This document shows, one piece after another, positions 33,901 to 42,104 of a DNA stretch of 61,461 nucleotides. Where the stretch lies: positions 1-61,461 of the IMG/VR virus record IMGVR_UViG_3300009151_000077. One strand, 5' to 3'. Below the pieces are notes generated by a model, which saw only the letters and a list, made by a program, of their open reading frames with translations, did not search any database and was not told the origin of the DNA. Made by a program: the position numbers and the translations under genes. This DNA comes from a virus (Duplodnaviria; Caudoviricetes). The first letter of the stretch is position 1. Every line of letters begins with the position of its first letter.

Positions 33901-36576
33901 GATAACTTTATAACCAATGGAATAACTAGTAAATTAGAGGGTGCATTATCAACATACGAAGGAGAGCTTGGTTTAAAGAAAGAAATAAAATCTGGTAAAG
34001 TAGCTAGAGCATTGAAGCTTTACTTTAGCCCTAAAATAGGAAGATACTCTTCTGTAGAATTTACTCCACTACCACTTATGATAGAGAGGATGTTTAGTGG
34101 AGTTACAAGCGGAATAAGTGTAATGAAATCTATGGGACTTAATATTATTATTAATGGTGTTAATAAAGCAAATAATATTCATAACAAAATAATAAATGAA
34201 TACTACGATAAATTCATAAAGAATAGTAAAACATTTCATAATCCTGAAAATGTATACGAAAGAGGTATGCTTTCATTCTTAAAAAGAAATGTTACTGGAT
34301 CATTAGCAGAAATGAAGGCCGAAACAAATAGAAGGATTAATTTAATAACACAAAGTATTGATGTTTTAAGTAACTATGGAGATGAGTCTCAAAAAGCTAT
34401 GGCTGAAATTTATCAAAAATTATTTGATAAGTTAGGCGTAAGCACTGGAGACATAGACATAATTAACGCAAGAGCATCAAAAGAAAATAGAGAAGCTGTA
34501 GATTGGTGGATTAATGAGTGGTCTAAGCAATATAAAGATCTTGCTGATATAAGTTTATCTGTATATAATTATGACCTTGGAAGTGATTTAAACTATACTC
34601 CAGATCAATTCAAAACACTTAAGACAGAATCAATTGATAAAAACTTATTAGAGCGTAATTCATCGTTCTTAATAAGCATGGATAAAGTAACAGATAAGAA
34701 TAAGACAGGTGTTTTAATAGAATCAACTAGACCTACTAACATGGAGAAAGGTAGATATGTAAGTCTTGACTTTGATTCAAACAACTCAAACTCATTGAAG
34801 GGTGCATTAGTTGATATCAATACAGCCGCTGGAATAAGACAAGTTGATGGATTCTTAAATTCAGATCTATTAAATAAATTAATACCTACGGCTAAAGATA
34901 GAGATGCACTTAAAATAAGAGTAAACAGATACATAAGAAGAGCTAAAGGTAAAATAACCGTTCCTACAGATTTATATAAAGATGTTGATACTGTGCTTAA
35001 TTTTGCCGCGAGCCTTGGAGTTGGTAAGGCACTAGGTGGTGTACTACAGTCAGTAAAACAAACAATACCTATTGCACTAAGTACAGCTATAAACACTGGT
35101 AAGTTTAATGTAGCTGGAGTTGAATTCAATCAATGGCTTAATAAGACTGGAATGCCAATATCAAATAGAGGCATCGAGTCATTATCTACTATAGATTCTA
35201 TAGACAGAAGAATGGAAGCTAAAGGAACTAAGATTAAAGATTCATTAAAATGGATTGCAGAAAAACAACAGCTATATATAAAGTTTTTCTTGTCAAGACC
35301 AGATGTATTTATTGCAAGATCAGGTTTCGAGTCTTATTACTTACAGTATATGGGAGAGAAGTCTATAGACTGGGCCAATCATGAACCAAATCAAGACGCA
35401 TTAAACTATGCTCAATCTATGGTTGATAGACAGCAAAATATATCTGACCCAATGCTTGGCGGAGAGTTCTTAACATCTGAGGAATCAGTTAAAAGAATAG
35501 CTAAAAAAGTGTTATTCCCATTTGCTTCTTTTGCTTTAAATCAAAAGGCTAGATTAAATTCAGACTTAATAAATTTAGCATCTAAAACAACTAGCGAACA
35601 AGATAAAAAAATAGCAGCTAAATCAGCTATAGCTACGGTTGCTGAAATGGTTGCATACAGAGCTATGTCTGCTGCTATTGGTTATTCATTCTACAAGGCT
35701 GCTGAAATGGTAATCAATGGGTTTATAGGTGATGATGATGATGAAGATAAAGATCAAGATAAAAAATGGTGGATAAGTGCATCTAAGTTTCCAATTAAGT
35801 CAATGATAACTGACCTTGTATCTCCAGTACAGATGGCAGATCAATACGTTACTATGGGAACTGATTTCCTTTTATCTCTTGTTACTGGAGATACTAAGGC
35901 TGAGTTAGATGAGTCTGTTAAACAAGAAAATGAAATAAGAGCACTTAAGGATCAAGATCGAATGACTCCAAATCAAGAGGAAGACTTTAGACAAAAAGTA
36001 AAAGATAAGAGTACCTTTCAAGTTGGAAGTCAGTACGATCTTGTTAATGGATTTGGTATGGTTTCAATTGCATCAGACTTATACAAAAAGATATACTATG
36101 ACTATACTTTAGCTATGACTGGAGAGTTTGAGGATGAGTATAAAGGAAATATAACTACTAAGAAAATAAGACCAGTTGAGCAAGACTTAATGAAAAATAC
36201 TCTTATGTTCTCTGCATTATATGCCGCAGGTATTCTTCCAAAAGAATCAGATCAGATCGTTACAAAGGTTGTTAACATGGTTAAGAAGAACGCCATGTCA
36301 GAATCTGAGTATGAAAAATATAGTGAGTTCAAAACAGAATTTAAGCGTGAGCCAAGTCCATTTGAGATGGGAATGATTAAATCTGAAAAGAAGTACCAAT
36401 ATATATCTGACGATGTAAACTGGGTAAATACTAAGGGTGGATTAACATTAAGTCAAGGTAGAGAGTACGTTAAAATAATCAATACACTTGGTGAGGTTGA
36501 TAACAGTACTCTACTTGAGATAAAGGCTGGTAAGACAGCTGATCAAATAGTTAAGTCCATGAGGGCAAAGTTATAA
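24988..36576 (+). CDS. Giant polyvalent internal virion/ejection protein (3862 aa)
   Basis: Uninterrupted ORF with HExxH, GWY...DRW...QA.LW and kinase-like segments and a long helical C-terminus. Confidence 0.75.
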   Translation: MSDNNIPSPAEFYGKKKPSSTNNIPSPEEFYGTSLKKKGVSQSQLEEASTSSDISDNQGDQPSESLGDGDIYTYNGSTYKKRGNKWYKLSGGKYVPLTDGNVAQRVEILNSKAKKSVDRWANVTEENTNAKPKYRKDDYIDEVQNTDFNRTGDSRAIHEEALQMQREDIAQKEEEKSRNNNLLQNEGVYTGYPGKDGKIYKIIDNHWFEVDAPDPKFETLTQPGGENIYRKIEPKSDIDLYNKDQKWKPIDDQNRLKSLNKYFKKEASLDSMDQVFTNYDDSEEKKDNLYKIDDGEWKRLIPGASEYSTVLDENAINALNSRYNKNIEYKDKSSDKKQDLKLKFVDINSSLTGKTEEEAVRILEDKYGDYGFQFSQEGLFNIDRVRVKAANGKEITVEFDEKNSEEALKLRNFIEQNASNKSKYNLLNVIDKKVSAIGESYNDKYNISRAIPTDNSKTREEKEKYYNSEEYKKIFKSLSIDEMDEEVRRREREYPVTKGNIYNIYKQEKEKKYNLNDKKIKSLYEQLNIAENSGNKQLKKEVKSKIDTYLSDEVIKNQVMDYNIHLNDLVDSGKKLKTDIKQYELLVSDFNKSYASMSTEEVEKQKKILENKAEQLEIRRDNISTSFKNIEGSQKKINILAGEYISSKAKMGSFGGAIVNSFLTGAVKIIEPMVSASSSGYDVAFGVKESISPEEEKYYKDKGYSYEDIQNIKRNERYKSEKDKRREAVIGTIGSETTKEYISSKDNGFFEKALYGVAESAPAMLASLTGSSAASFGALASQSYSSIEDEMLGDEDFKTTTALDRSSIAIPYALLMGVLENYGLKNALKGSSLTSGILKGVISRSLKKMPSGAEKEVLQQIIDKEVKNVIAKGAIKIVNGALAEFETGATQSLVLDIGLKEIYNQYKDKTKNLTGGESFDTPDSFAEGASRVWEDGLMEAIGGVTISTFSNVSTGIVTGNISLYDEKDLKFLDEISTDTEFKKIIVANLKSDILKGKITKSEAEAKLQKMNEFSGIIQNMPDGLTSEQQIESINLIAEKKRLEKEIEGKDPSLVDAQKNRVSEINEQLKTISNNATKKTTEQQQGSQAEGGVSQYQGAGEGQQKDGNAEGGQREAKVNEADSGNSTIPSKVQEEVATYRAEEQAELLKAIPKIESYKVDGKLDKTLMPKTVLAKYNKIYNKYDKLISPLLEATTEIKIDKQSISTNTTEEVDRVKSLSIESEDGATFNLDGKKYDGPGLVVPVISMNTTIEDITPEMISKFVEEHADKIGDFGTVKVGIYKFPNSNQVSIDLNILAPESSRDQAIEFGKMSGQESLFDMSTFENVKTGATGENPMQFTPQQFKEIAKALKEGRMPNVFGTQEDTKNNSKESTAKSETNKADYKQNLVTAENSREVASRQKTPIRQRIAKTVSLVMRALPGVKIYLHNNEAEMHQALADSSGKSLEEVSKQIGNSAGSHISGEIHINMNTARENTLMHEAFHEAILRSGKSVKTIINFANGLKNIVLDKDVKAKLDDFVSMYNLDSNKIEDLEYIDEQIILENKRRIADGKLAMNAKESADYIDYITESTKSEEMLAELGSIMAEAETELTTTKLHQFLNLINRIAKSLRLPVILKSTATTQEAVDFINTMATSLRTGEEIVGDNEGDGKIRRQATEIMKGNESLEKFGLKKGKNITRKIGEALEARQRSKYGTIAQKDNSAEARKKISNWMVDEVKYFVEIMGDKSGKGWYGELYQKSLDRMSKIFPEMKTDQNARDLFTMLVAITSDGQKVMSNFKLAASAYDYYKKNGVMPTTLPGQRVASFEANLKRINELLIDYNGDVAAIKENLMEVKSIQEINKERKKEGLEALSTNWPVTFKAPFAASVFGPKLGMFFSNLSGNESYPTLDRWWSRTFNRYRGTLIPELKSGFTKKGEAIGLDRFKILLESPSMSNEEALLASKSYRDSYAAKGYKNGTEVEKAANTIYKNAFENLNDAPFTKNDRQFMYDTISDAVNKLNKQEYDLSIADVQAILWYFEKNLYKTLGVQAKIEGISYEDAANYTYDKWKEAGNKFNYEINQSEEGQSVEDEDIDDTEQPSKIKQQKTLQEELPLYKFGNEITTTIDQDKPISVLPLPERYMDGYEEATGKKLTQKDKQSFLYKLGRDHKYKKGGVYIDISNLENKDTVNGYVASSGEINIDPKTGRASLNISENISSPEESSIGKIIKTNLFKKKAGWNWTSDSDKSRYDKVETLVSVEIGSKHVYTLGFKSTTPIQLKNYSESKSEPRLRPTTKGQLFLGNYVGNITIRGKKHPVYDNVYSYDQNDYQTLDRLNYKYLKPEGLQSFYPEQRNATYKELKYNPSITLKDRLTDADQYIFDKLGIKNAEYVSGGVEASIYDIGAGKVIRISKNPSNFSNNLVNKKIEGVIPVYATGKVILPKRMFGLEDYTGQVIKTESREGGLKETEPLYYSILKKGDSLNVKEDLNAILNKLINYITKTLDKNIRFTDSIEDQLTILNEQELDEFKNNLDDKQLKDLNRIIEIKNNLKKIGVKERDSHTGNYVRNSNGDLEAVDLQYVRFDEGSEFKKTEEKNVIKLQKTPQETRMDNESESVFKKSLDRGTTWAKATQNALDYIQKSKWYQDANDIDREQKVRDFKQSKNQKLKKAPSVAKIMGTPKPNMVTVNEVVAFKDQLRKEAKAAREAKADLNSKRKSLGDAIKGMVKLGKLKATQAVTIIKRVSQVNLDNPVMVERLIDYASRVFERADYQERLDRAFSYRRAIRRLLKSDNQAQVIGMANQFTKIDPSMVENIDEYIAMADIVKNAVAPSRAKKFTLDKENYFDTDSAKGFDMVLRQAANIETVSNFVKDVLEKQEQKLKDELLATNNDLLESGVISADMTAKEIQEIVNAMKDPEYKMDSLEKEKYMKAYLSKRFESLASIITNIVYNPRNENPLTGEKMAIDEKDRAIILNLLKVDLSEMSNKDSIFIVEAMDNFITNGITSKLEGALSTYEGELGLKKEIKSGKVARALKLYFSPKIGRYSSVEFTPLPLMIERMFSGVTSGISVMKSMGLNIIINGVNKANNIHNKIINEYYDKFIKNSKTFHNPENVYERGMLSFLKRNVTGSLAEMKAETNRRINLITQSIDVLSNYGDESQKAMAEIYQKLFDKLGVSTGDIDIINARASKENREAVDWWINEWSKQYKDLADISLSVYNYDLGSDLNYTPDQFKTLKTESIDKNLLERNSSFLISMDKVTDKNKTGVLIESTRPTNMEKGRYVSLDFDSNNSNSLKGALVDINTAAGIRQVDGFLNSDLLNKLIPTAKDRDALKIRVNRYIRRAKGKITVPTDLYKDVDTVLNFAASLGVGKALGGVLQSVKQTIPIALSTAINTGKFNVAGVEFNQWLNKTGMPISNRGIESLSTIDSIDRRMEAKGTKIKDSLKWIAEKQQLYIKFFLSRPDVFIARSGFESYYLQYMGEKSIDWANHEPNQDALNYAQSMVDRQQNISDPMLGGEFLTSEESVKRIAKKVLFPFASFALNQKARLNSDLINLASKTTSEQDKKIAAKSAIATVAEMVAYRAMSAAIGYSFYKAAEMVINGFIGDDDDEDKDQDKKWWISASKFPIKSMITDLVSPVQMADQYVTMGTDFLLSLVTGDTKAELDESVKQENEIRALKDQDRMTPNQEEDFRQKVKDKSTFQVGSQYDLVNGFGMVSIASDLYKKIYYDYTLAMTGEFEDEYKGNITTKKIRPVEQDLMKNTLMFSALYAAGILPKESDQIVTKVVNMVKKNAMSESEYEKYSEFKTEFKREPSPFEMGMIKSEKKYQYISDDVNWVNTKGGLTLSQGREYVKIINTLGEVDNSTLLEIKAGKTADQIVKSMRAKL
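28208..28393 (+). CDS. Small basic phage protein overprinted in the +1 frame of the giant ORF (DUF6496-like)
   Basis: MPLKK...VSANIKEL...KQIVAIALSQA matches a recurrent small phage protein pattern; A-rich region before the ATG. Confidence 0.55.
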   Translation: MPLKKPQNNSKVAKQKAVSANIKELVKDNKKTGMQKGDNGKPRSMKQIVAIALSQAKYKKK

Positions 36577-36713
36577 CACCAGTGCAACATATCAACCTGT
36601 TGCTGTAAAAAGAATGGATGGTAAGCAAGTTCAATACGAACCCTTACCATCTTTTTTTTGTATATATAGTCCTCGACTACTGCACACATTTGTTCTACTG
36701 TGATACTTTCCAT
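36543..36713 (-). CDS. Small hypothetical protein (56 aa)
   Basis: Read manually (MESITVEQMCAVVEDYIY...); TATATTTG at 36717-36724 just upstream. Confidence 0.5.
   Translation of the reverse strand: MESITVEQMCAVVEDYIYKKKMVRVRIELAYHPFFLQQQVDMLHWCYNFALMDLTI
36617..36659 (+). terminator. Probable terminator of the late operon
   Basis: GATGGTAAG...CTTACCATC stem followed by T8, about 40 nt after the giant ORF stop. Confidence 0.6.
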
Positions 36714-36996
36714 ACACAAATATAGTTACAATACACATACAAAACAAGGGTAATGTGTTATATACTTTACAAATTGTAGGTGATTTGTTACTTATAAGTT
36801 ACATTATAACCAACCCTTTTACCAACCTTATACCAACCTTATTGCATGAATATTCTGGAAAAATTCATGCACTTTATATACTTATAGTGGAAAATTTCCA
36901 TCACTAAATCGGTTATATTCAGATTATGGTGGAAAATTCTAACAATGTACAGTAAAGCTTATTTATTGTCATTTGTTTGTTCAAGATTTTTTACAT

Positions 36997-37031
36997 AAAA
37001 AAACCCCAACAATCCGAAGACTGATGAGGTT
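36997..37031 (-). terminator. Rho-independent terminator
   Basis: Minus strand AACCTCATCAGTC-TTCG-GATTGTTGGGGTT plus T run, downstream of the phosphoesterase. Confidence 0.7.
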
Positions 37032-37050
37032 GATTTTATTATGATTGCGA

Positions 37051-38154
37051 TTAAAATAAGTGGGTAAGTCTGGCTACCTGACCGTGCTCCTTGTGGTGTA
37101 TAAATGCCTCAACTGCTTGAGGTGAATGCTGATACCCAGAACGATGGTGCCAACTGTCTGTTCCTGAGGGACTTCTAAGTGTCTCTACATTTACTGACAT
37201 AAAATCTTTCGAAGATTTATGGTGAACATGATGCCCATAAATATATCTGTGTTTGCACTCGTGCCATGACGCACCAGACTCATGTGCCATAAGTAGTGGA
37301 AGATTAGAAATCTTAGCACCATCCATGTGTGTTGACCCTATTAAATTCTCACCATACACAGAATACTTTCTGTGGCTCATGTCATTATTAAATGTGACAT
37401 TTTTTGATTTAATAAACCAAGCTTCAACACATTGCAACAACATAAACCCAGACATGAAGTCATGGTTACTTGGATTGTATACAACCTCTACGTCAGCTAT
37501 CTGACAAAGCGTTTCAATGATGTCTACAAGTAACTTCTTTGCTGTTACAAAGTTATCGTACCACATACCATCTGTATCCTGTGGTGTGCCTGATGTTGTC
37601 TGTCTTCTTGGATTGTCTATGTGAAGTATATCGTTACCAGTAATGAATATAATCTTGTCTATATTAAAACCACTAGACTTATTCAATATGCCAGTCAGTC
37701 CTTCCTTAACTCTTTTAACTGCTATCTGAGAGTTATACTCCTCACCAGTTTCGAATGATGAACACAGCTTGCCTATGTGTATGTCAGCTGGATCAAACAC
37801 CAAGCAATGACCGTCCTTGATCTTCTCTCTTTTAATTTTCTTATAGCTAGGAGCCCAGGACTTTACCTCTTGTATTAAATCATTTTGAAATTGATTAAGG
37901 TCAATCTTATTGGATGCATTTATTGAGAACTGTTTTCCCTTGTACCAATAATAATTTACAGATCCTGGATCAATTCCAACATTATTACATTCCTCATACA
38001 GTGCCCTATTGTTAATATATAGATTGACGTTTTTTCTTATGGAGTCGCTATACTCAAGTCCAAATTCTTTACAGATTATCCTAGATATCTCTGTCTTGTT
38101 TGTTTGACCACTATTAAATAATTCAATAGATCTGTCATAATAAATAGTCTTCAT
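37051..38154 (-). CDS. Calcineurin-like metallophosphoesterase with N-terminal HTH-like region
   Basis: DIHIGK, GNDILH, SNHD and GHHVHH motifs. Confidence 0.8.
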   Translation of the reverse strand: MKTIYYDRSIELFNSGQTNKTEISRIICKEFGLEYSDSIRKNVNLYINNRALYEECNNVGIDPGSVNYYWYKGKQFSINASNKIDLNQFQNDLIQEVKSWAPSYKKIKREKIKDGHCLVFDPADIHIGKLCSSFETGEEYNSQIAVKRVKEGLTGILNKSSGFNIDKIIFITGNDILHIDNPRRQTTSGTPQDTDGMWYDNFVTAKKLLVDIIETLCQIADVEVVYNPSNHDFMSGFMLLQCVEAWFIKSKNVTFNNDMSHRKYSVYGENLIGSTHMDGAKISNLPLLMAHESGASWHECKHRYIYGHHVHHKSSKDFMSVNVETLRSPSGTDSWHHRSGYQHSPQAVEAFIHHKEHGQVARLTHLF

Positions 38155-38305
38155 GTGTTTTCTGGAGGTCCTTCAGGACTTTAATTAAATTTAAAATATT
38201 TGATTTTAATTCATCGGTATTCTCATCTATTAGAGCTTCGTAAATACTGTCTGTTAGATCATTAATCTCTGACATTGTGCTGTTAACGTAGTTTACTATA
38301 CTCAT
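38135..38305 (-). CDS. Small helical hypothetical protein (56 aa)
   Basis: Read manually (MSIVNYVN...); TATATTTG at 38334-38341 upstream. Confidence 0.55.
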   Translation of the reverse strand: MSIVNYVNSTMSEINDLTDSIYEALIDENTDELKSNILNLIKVLKDLQKTHEDYLL

Positions 38306-38349
38306 CTGTTTTTTTATTTAATATAAAGATCAGCAAATATAAAAATAAA

Positions 38350-38604
38350 TTAATACTTATAACATACATTAGATAAAAAAAATACATTTTTTATTTCATA
38401 CGTCATGTTGTACTTGTGTATATCCTTCGTGTTTGCTATCTTCTCTATAGTATTAATAAACAGTGGTTTTAAGTCTTGGTCTAATGTTATAGGTTGTTTC
38501 TCAACACTACGATACACCTTATGCAACCTGCTTGTATTAGATATTGGTACTAGCGATACTCTAATGTCCGCACAATATACTGCCCTTAAAGGTCTGCTAA
38601 CCAC
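38350..38604 (-). CDS. Hypothetical protein
   Basis: ORF in the minus-strand gene chain. Confidence 0.5.
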   Translation of the reverse strand: MVSRPLRAVYCADIRVSLVPISNTSRLHKVYRSVEKQPITLDQDLKPLFINTIEKIANTKDIHKYNMTYEIKNVFFLSNVCYKY

Positions 38605-38867
38605 TCTCTAAATATTATTCCCATGTTAACTAACTCAGTATAAAACTCCATCAGATCATCGTCAGACTCATTGACTACTCTCTTGTTAAGTGAGTATCCC
38701 ATCTTATCTACCTCTGCAATAAAATCATTTCCTGCCTTCTTTACTTGTCTTTTATACACATGTGGGTACTCATCCTTGATGTCCTCCATGAAGTCCATCA
38801 TCACTGGTAAAATAGCTACCAAGCACGCCAGCTTTTTCTCGTTGGTTATAGATTTCTTTTTCGTCAT
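38586..38867 (-). CDS. Hypothetical protein
   Basis: ORF in chain; true start uncertain. Confidence 0.55.
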   Translation of the reverse strand: MTKKKSITNEKKLACLVAILPVMMDFMEDIKDEYPHVYKRQVKKAGNDFIAEVDKMGYSLNKRVVNESDDDLMEFYTELVNMGIIFREWLADL

Positions 38868-39183
38868 TGCTTAATTTTTTAAATGAATAATCTTTTTCTT
38901 TTAACATTTCATTTTCAGTGAAGTATGCCTGATCCTTGTGCCCAAATGATGCGACACTTTTATTTATAGAGAAAAATAAATGTATGAGTAACTTATTGAT
39001 TTTTAATTCTTTAGATATTTTCTTTATGCTGTATCCAGAGTTCATCATACTTTGTATTTCATCATACTTGTCAAGTATCAATTTCTCTCTTGCCACTCCC
39101 GTCTTGTATATACGCTTTGATTCCATGATTGTGAAGTTCTTTAATTCTATAAATTTGTAAGGGTCTAGGTTTACATCCGTCAC
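38770..39183 (-). CDS. HTH-containing hypothetical protein
   Basis: GYSIKKISKELKI HTH-like motif; true start probably near 39126. Confidence 0.5.
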   Translation of the reverse strand: MTDVNLDPYKFIELKNFTIMESKRIYKTGVAREKLILDKYDEIQSMMNSGYSIKKISKELKINKLLIHLFFSINKSVASFGHKDQAYFTENEMLKEKDYSFKKLSNDEKEIYNQREKAGVLGSYFTSDDGLHGGHQG

Positions 39184-39343
39184 GCTTAACCTCTATAAAC
39201 TCAACATCTGAGTTCTTTGGTATAGCTATCAGATCAGGTATACCTGGCTTGTTAGTCATTGATAATTTTATAACATAAAATCCGTCAGCTTCTAACTTCT
39301 TTATTATCTTTGATTGTATCTGTTGCTCTGTCATTGAATACAC
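39071..39343 (-). CDS. VRR-NUC domain nuclease
   Basis: EQQIQ...GIPDL...FIEVK...RPLQ PD-(D/E)XK pattern. Confidence 0.8.
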   Translation of the reverse strand: MYSMTEQQIQSKIIKKLEADGFYVIKLSMTNKPGIPDLIAIPKNSDVEFIEVKRDGCKPRPLQIYRIKELHNHGIKAYIQDGSGKREIDT

Positions 39344-39578
39344 AATAGTGCTTATCTAAATGATTAGTAAGCTTGCTTAAGTCAGCAAATCTAATGAAAT
39401 TCATTTCACTATCCAACACTTTTACTTCTTTTATTTTAATACAACCATTATCAAATATGTACTTTGATATCTGTAGTATGTTAGTAGCAGGTACTTTTAG
39501 GTCAAATGTTTTTATTAACAATTGGACCATAGGGTCATTCATTATAGCCACTTTACCTCCTCTAGTACTATATTCCAA
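39285..39578 (-). CDS. Hypothetical protein
   Basis: ORF in chain; start likely near 39542. Confidence 0.45.
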   Translation of the reverse strand: MEYSTRGGKVAIMNDPMVQLLIKTFDLKVPATNILQISKYIFDNGCIKIKEVKVLDSEMNFIRFADLSKLTNHLDKHYCVFNDRATDTIKDNKEVRS

Positions 39579-39859
39579 TATGTAATAGAGTCATCATCAC
39601 AGTAGTTCATTATCTCTTTTATACAGATTATAATACACTGCTGTGCTACCTCCCAGCTTGCATCAATTACCATAGTCATTTCTTCCTTAAGGCTTAATGC
39701 TTTCTCTCTTGGTGTCATAGGGTGGCCCCACTTCAACATGTTAGACTCTTGCTCCATCTTTATTCTGCTGTTGCATATTAGCTTAGTTATCAGATTAAGA
39801 TCGTGGTCATCATCGCATAATATTCTTATGTCTCTTTTTAATTTTTCTACTTTAGTCAT
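39542..39859 (-). CDS. Hypothetical protein
   Basis: MTPREKA..L...YW..V..EV pattern seen in small flavophage proteins. Confidence 0.55.
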   Translation of the reverse strand: MTKVEKLKRDIRILCDDDHDLNLITKLICNSRIKMEQESNMLKWGHPMTPREKALSLKEEMTMVIDASWEVAQQCIIICIKEIMNYCDDDSITYWNIVLEEVKWL

Positions 39860-40043
39860 ATTATTTTTAGTTAATTATGGTGATTAATACTTAATTTACA
39901 TACTTTGCGTGCATTTTACTTAATTTGCACTCAGTTTTATCATTTCTATTTAATTAATGTGGTAACTTTTACCCCTTATCCTTTATTAAAATGTCACATA
40001 TATTATCCAAAATTGTGACAAAAAGCCATAAATGACTAATATA

Positions 40044-40283
40044 TTAGTCATCTAGATTTAAATTATTATCTTCTAATATTTCTCTAAGTTTTGTTCTCAG
40101 TCTATCAGCTACATCAATTTCTTCTGAAGTAGCTTCTCTATTACCAATGTACCCATGTTTTACAGTACTCCTAAGTTCTTGATCAAGATCCCATACTACA
40201 CCTTTCCACTTGTATCCATCTAATGCTGTTCTAGCATCATTACTTTCTTCTTCAGAGTGAAACTCCAGAATTATTTTTCCCAT
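40044..40283 (-). CDS. Hypothetical protein
   Basis: ORF in chain. Confidence 0.6.
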   Translation of the reverse strand: MGKIILEFHSEEESNDARTALDGYKWKGVVWDLDQELRSTVKHGYIGNREATSEEIDVADRLRTKLREILEDNNLNLDD

Positions 40284-40512
40284 ACTTTCTAATTATTTTA
40301 AAAGTTCTTTTTATATCAGAATCAAGTTTTATTTCTTCATCATTTCTTATTGGATACCAAGCAATTGTATATCCATGATTAGAATTATAATCTTCTTCTT
40401 TTACTATATTACCATTTACGGACTCAAGATATATCCAAGGTAAGTTTCCTTTGATAGTGATTATAATACCTATCTTATCAAGTCTATTCTTTAATACTTT
40501 TAGCGTGTCCAT
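40252..40512 (-). CDS. Hypothetical protein
   Basis: ORF in chain (GNLPWIYL..VNG). Confidence 0.6.
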   Translation of the reverse strand: MDTLKVLKNRLDKIGIIITIKGNLPWIYLESVNGNIVKEEDYNSNHGYTIAWYPIRNDEEIKLDSDIKRTFKIIRKYGKNNSGVSL

Positions 40513-40879
40513 CCTTTCTATATTTAATTTCTTTATCCATTAGTTCAAGATGCCAATCATCTCCACCGTAATCAAGCACTGCTTTTAGATAGTTATCTGA
40601 CATATCAGCTATAGTTATCCAAGTTAATGGAATTTCACCATACTTACCACGGCTACCTCTTGCTGCATGTTTCCTGACAATCTCAAAGTCATCATCTAAA
40701 TAGATGTAGTTGAGTTCAATCTTATCCATATCCATTGCACCATATCTCTCGTACTCATTACCTCCATCTACCATAGCATTGTTTGGACAGTCACATGTTA
40801 CATAGTCGTGCCTATGTCTACTTACTAATACCTCGTTGCACTCAAGGCACTTTATCGAGTTGTATACTATCTGTCTCAT
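40484..40879 (-). CDS. Zn-binding hypothetical protein
   Basis: CxxC...HRHD...CxC...VDGG motif. Confidence 0.65.
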   Translation of the reverse strand: MRQIVYNSIKCLECNEVLVSRHRHDYVTCDCPNNAMVDGGNEYERYGAMDMDKIELNYIYLDDDFEIVRKHAARGSRGKYGEIPLTWITIADMSDNYLKAVLDYGGDDWHLELMDKEIKYRKDGHAKSIKE

Positions 40880-42104
40880 AATTTTTCTTAAATATATTTA
40901 ATGTATAGTTCTTCTTACTTTTAACAGCACTATATATTTTGTCTTCTATCCCTCCCCTTGAGAAGATCCAGTAGACCTTGTTATATAGCCTGTCAATTGT
41001 TGTCATACGATCCCTGGCCTGCCAGTAAGACACTGCACTAAAGTCGATGTTGTAAAACACTAAGTACTTAGCATTCTTAAGACTTATCCCCTCACGACCA
41101 GATACTATCTGTAGTGCTATGGACTTGTCTGTTGCGTTAAATTCATCTAGGTCTGATGTAAGGTTGTCTGGACCAAATGTATCCATTAGAGCGTCTAATT
41201 CAGCCTTGAACTTGTAGAAGATTCCGATCTTAGTTCCTTCAAATCTATTCATAATGAACTCAGCCTTTGAGTAGTCTATCACCATCCTGTTCTCACTCTC
41301 AAACTTAACCGTACCACTCCACAGCTGATGTAACTTCTGCATTAACTTCACTGGAGTGTCACCAAGTATTACCTCGTTTGAACCCTCCACAACCAAGTCA
41401 CGCTCTAGCTTCTTCACAATCATCTTTGTCTTATCGCTCATCTCAACATATAGTACCTCCTCGTCAATGTCTGTGCTGAACCCAGCCTCCTTTTGAGTGT
41501 ATGATATTACATGGCTTGATATGCTTCCCATTATCTTTGTCTCGTTTCCCTTTGAGTACTCGTTTATCATCAACCCATTTATCTTCTTCTGGAACTTGTG
41601 AACGTAGTCATCTGCCCATCTATAGAAGTTAATGTATTGCCTAAACGGATTCATTGGGTGCACGTAGAACTGATGGTATATCTGAGAGTAAGACTCTGGT
41701 GTCAGTGTACCTGTCATTAGTATTAGGTTGCATCCAGTGTTCATGTAGATCAACTGCTTAACCTGTTTAGCTCTTAAGCTTGGTTTAGGAAATGCGGACA
41801 TGGTGTGTGACTCATCACATATAATGAAGTCGTAGTATGTCTGATTGATCTTGTGGATGCTCTCGTAGTTAGTAATTGTAATACTAAACGGTGGTTGCAT
41901 GGTGTCGTAGTCCGACTGTATAGATGATATAGCTTTCTTCTTTGTTAGAAACAATACATTCTTAGCTCCAGATAACCTACACACCTCCATTGATGTGTAG
42001 GTCTTTCCAAGTCTAACCTCCATTGCTAAGCAAAGTATCTTATAGTTTTCAATTATCTTTGCACCTCTTATTGAGATGTCACTCTGATAAGGTCTTAGCT
42101 CCAT
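40842..42104 (-). CDS. SF2/SNF2-like DNA helicase
   Basis: LRPYQ, RLGKT, CDESH, TGT, GREGISL and QARDR motifs; start MELRPYQ preferred. Confidence 0.85.
   Translation of the reverse strand: MELRPYQSDISIRGAKIIENYKILCLAMEVRLGKTYTSMEVCRLSGAKNVLFLTKKKAISSIQSDYDTMQPPFSITITNYESIHKINQTYYDFIICDESHTMSAFPKPSLRAKQVKQLIYMNTGCNLILMTGTLTPESYSQIYHQFYVHPMNPFRQYINFYRWADDYVHKFQKKINGLMINEYSKGNETKIMGSISSHVISYTQKEAGFSTDIDEEVLYVEMSDKTKMIVKKLERDLVVEGSNEVILGDTPVKLMQKLHQLWSGTVKFESENRMVIDYSKAEFIMNRFEGTKIGIFYKFKAELDALMDTFGPDNLTSDLDEFNATDKSIALQIVSGREGISLKNAKYLVFYNIDFSAVSYWQARDRMTTIDRLYNKVYWIFSRGGIEDKIYSAVKSKKNYTLNIFKKNYETDSIQLDKVP

Noticed and set aside
37005-37035. CTGATGAG on the + strand as a fourth hammerhead
   Set aside because: No stem II followed by GAAA and no stem III; explained as one arm of the minus-strand UUCG terminator
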